Of a stretch of DNA of 5,664 bases, positions 4,909-5,664 are shown piece after piece. Where the stretch lies: positions 1 to 5,664 of IMG/VR virus record IMGVR_UViG_3300045988_001410; one strand, 5' to 3'. The notes beneath the pieces are model-generated. The model saw nothing but the letters and a program-made list of their open reading frames with translations, did not search any database and was not told where the DNA came from. Position 1 is the stretch's first letter, and each line of letters begins with the position of its first letter. Source of the DNA: a virus. The translations under genes were made by a program, and so were the position numbers.

Positions 4909-4943
4909 GCCTCTACTACTACTCCTACAACAAGTTAATATTA

Positions 4944-4990
4944 TATCGCGCGTGCGCGCGTGCGCGCTATCGCGCGTGCGTGCTATCGCG
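4944..4990. repeat. CpG-rich alternating pyrimidine-purine (CG/TG) tract punctuated by three TATCGCG units
   Basis: The tract reads tatcgcgcgtgcgcgcgtgcgcgc tatcgcgcgtgcgtgc tatcgcg. tatcgcgcgtgcg is repeated exactly at 4944..4956 and 4968..4980, with a third tatcgcg at 4984..4990. Uninterrupted Py-Pu alternation runs over 4947..4967 and 4971..4983. Confidence 0.85.
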
Positions 4991-5045
4991 AATTAGATTA
5001 TTTGATAGACTGGATAGTGTGATACATGGAGACTTTAGACGACAT

Positions 5046-5081
5046 CTAGCCCAGTTCCTTACTTGATAGGAACTGGGCTAG
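5046..5081. repeat. Perfect 14-bp inverted repeat with an 8-nt loop, 18 nt beyond the VP4 stop
   Basis: ctagcccagttcct (5046..5059), loop tacttgat (5060..5067), aggaactgggctag (5068..5081). No T-run follows on either strand. Confidence 0.9.
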
Positions 5082-5082
5082 G

Positions 5083-5108
5083 TGACACTATGACACTGTT
5101 AAAGTGTC
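5083..5108. repeat. GACACT repeats: two direct TGACACT copies plus one inverted copy forming a hairpin around the VP4 stop codon
   Basis: tgacact occurs at 5083..5089 and 5091..5097. gacact (5092..5097) pairs with agtgtc (5103..5108) across the loop gttaa, which contains the TAA complement (5099..5101). Confidence 0.7.
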
Positions 5109-5664
5109 CCCTTTTTTTTCATCTGCTTCTTTATCACCCTTTCTTTTGTTTTACATTGTTCTGCGAAGTCTGCGTTTTCATACTTTAGCCTGTTTTCTGC
5201 GATTGCAGCTGCCTGCCTGTTCTGTTTAATTCTCCATAACCTTTGTGGGTTTTCAGCTTCCATCATTTTTTCATAATAGCGTGGAATTTGTGCGCGTTTG
5301 CCGTTTGTGCATTGGATATACCCTTGTTTCCATATCTCTGCTTTGTGTTCTTGATAGTAGTGATCTCCTAAGCCTGGTTTAAGGCTCATACATGCGAATG
5401 GCTTTGTTTGTCCTAGTTCATAGTATTCGTTTGCTTTTGCTCCGTCTATCTCGTACATTTTTTTTGTTACATATCCTGCAACATATCTATATGTTGCGGG
5501 CACTGCTTGCGCTATCTGTATTTGACCCATGCCCCATAGGTTTTCTAGCCACTTACTTGTGAAGTATCCGTTGTGTTGTATCTTGTATAGGTGCTTTAGG
5601 TCTGTTGGTTGCCATCCATATAGAATCATGTGGTAATGTGGCCGTGCTGTCTGTTCTCCGTATT
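5099..5664 (-). CDS. VP4: Replication initiator protein VP4, C-terminal part. Positions 5610..5664 duplicate 1..55, and the true continuation of 1..386 is 5609..5099.
   Basis: The tracked ORF contains RYVAGYVTKK, with Tyr codons at 5485..5483 and 5473..5471. This is the YxxxY catalytic pair, as in phiX174 gpA YVAKYVNKK. It is preceded by HYHMILYGW, and the TAA stop is at 5099..5101. Confidence 0.92.
   Translation of the reverse strand, partial: YGEQTARPHYHMILYGWQPTDLKHLYKIQHNGYFTSKWLENLWGMGQIQIAQAVPATYRYVAGYVTKKMYEIDGAKANEYYELGQTKPFACMSLKPGLGDHYYQEHKAEIWKQGYIQCTNGKRAQIPRYYEKMMEAENPQRLWRIKQNRQAAAIAENRLKYENADFAEQCKTKERVIKKQMKKKGTL
5610..5664. repeat. Second copy of the 55-nt terminal repeat (see 1..55)
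   Basis: An exact match to 1..55. Confidence 0.95.

Noticed and set aside
4931-4960. dif/XerCD-like recombination site. An AT-rich core (ttaatattatat) next to GCGC-rich arms recalls the dif motifs that some gokushovirus prophages use for integration.
   Set aside because: My hand alignment to the E. coli dif sequence, from memory, gives only about 17 of 28 matches, with a poor XerC arm and central region. The relevant host dif is unknown. It should be re-tested against the dif of any predicted host before being considered.
4734-4990. CRISPR array or tandem-repeat mobile element as an explanation of the intergenic repeats
   Set aside because: The repeat units are 8-13 bp with no unique spacers of CRISPR length, and there are no cas genes, transposase or terminal inverted repeats. 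I also noticed no tRNA- or rRNA-like sequence, though I could not scan for them systematically.

Overview
The window is one complete circular genome of a gokushovirus-like ssDNA phage (Microviridae). The unit is 5609 nt, and bases 1..55 recur exactly at 5610..5664 as an assembly overlap. It is shown as the complement of the coding strand, so every credible gene is on the minus strand. In transcription order (high to low coordinates) the genome reads as follows. A near-consensus sigma70-type promoter (4614..4660) is followed by an M15-family zinc peptidase that is a putative lysin (4588..4196). Next come two small helical ORFs of unknown function (4194..4072 and 4068..3844). Then comes a 33-aa highly basic J/VP8-like ORF that is absent from the ORF track (3839..3738). 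The core genes follow: a VP5-like protein (3720..3481), the VP3 internal scaffold (3488..3090), the VP1 major capsid with a GTG start (3093..1414), a hairpin/terminator, and the VP2 DNA pilot (1375..506). After an alternative-hairpin cluster comes the VP4 HUH replication initiator (386..1, continuing at 5609..5099). The genome closes with a 456-bp non-coding region (5098..4643). Core gene calls rest on motifs I recognise by eye, not on searches. The most notable points are these: (1) a lysin-like M15 peptidase with its own strong promoter and no recognisable holin or signal peptide; (2) an accessory pair of tightly coupled small ORFs; (3) the overlooked basic mini-ORF; (4) a structured intergenic region holding about 12 helically phased T-tract/CAACA repeats, an alternating CG/TG tract with three TATCGCG units, and a perfect 14-bp hairpin flanked by GACACT repeats at the rep stop codon; (5) a VP1-VP2 junction where a terminator-like hairpin lies between the Shine-Dalgarno sequence and the VP2 start codon. 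All plus-strand ORFs in the track look like antisense artefacts.
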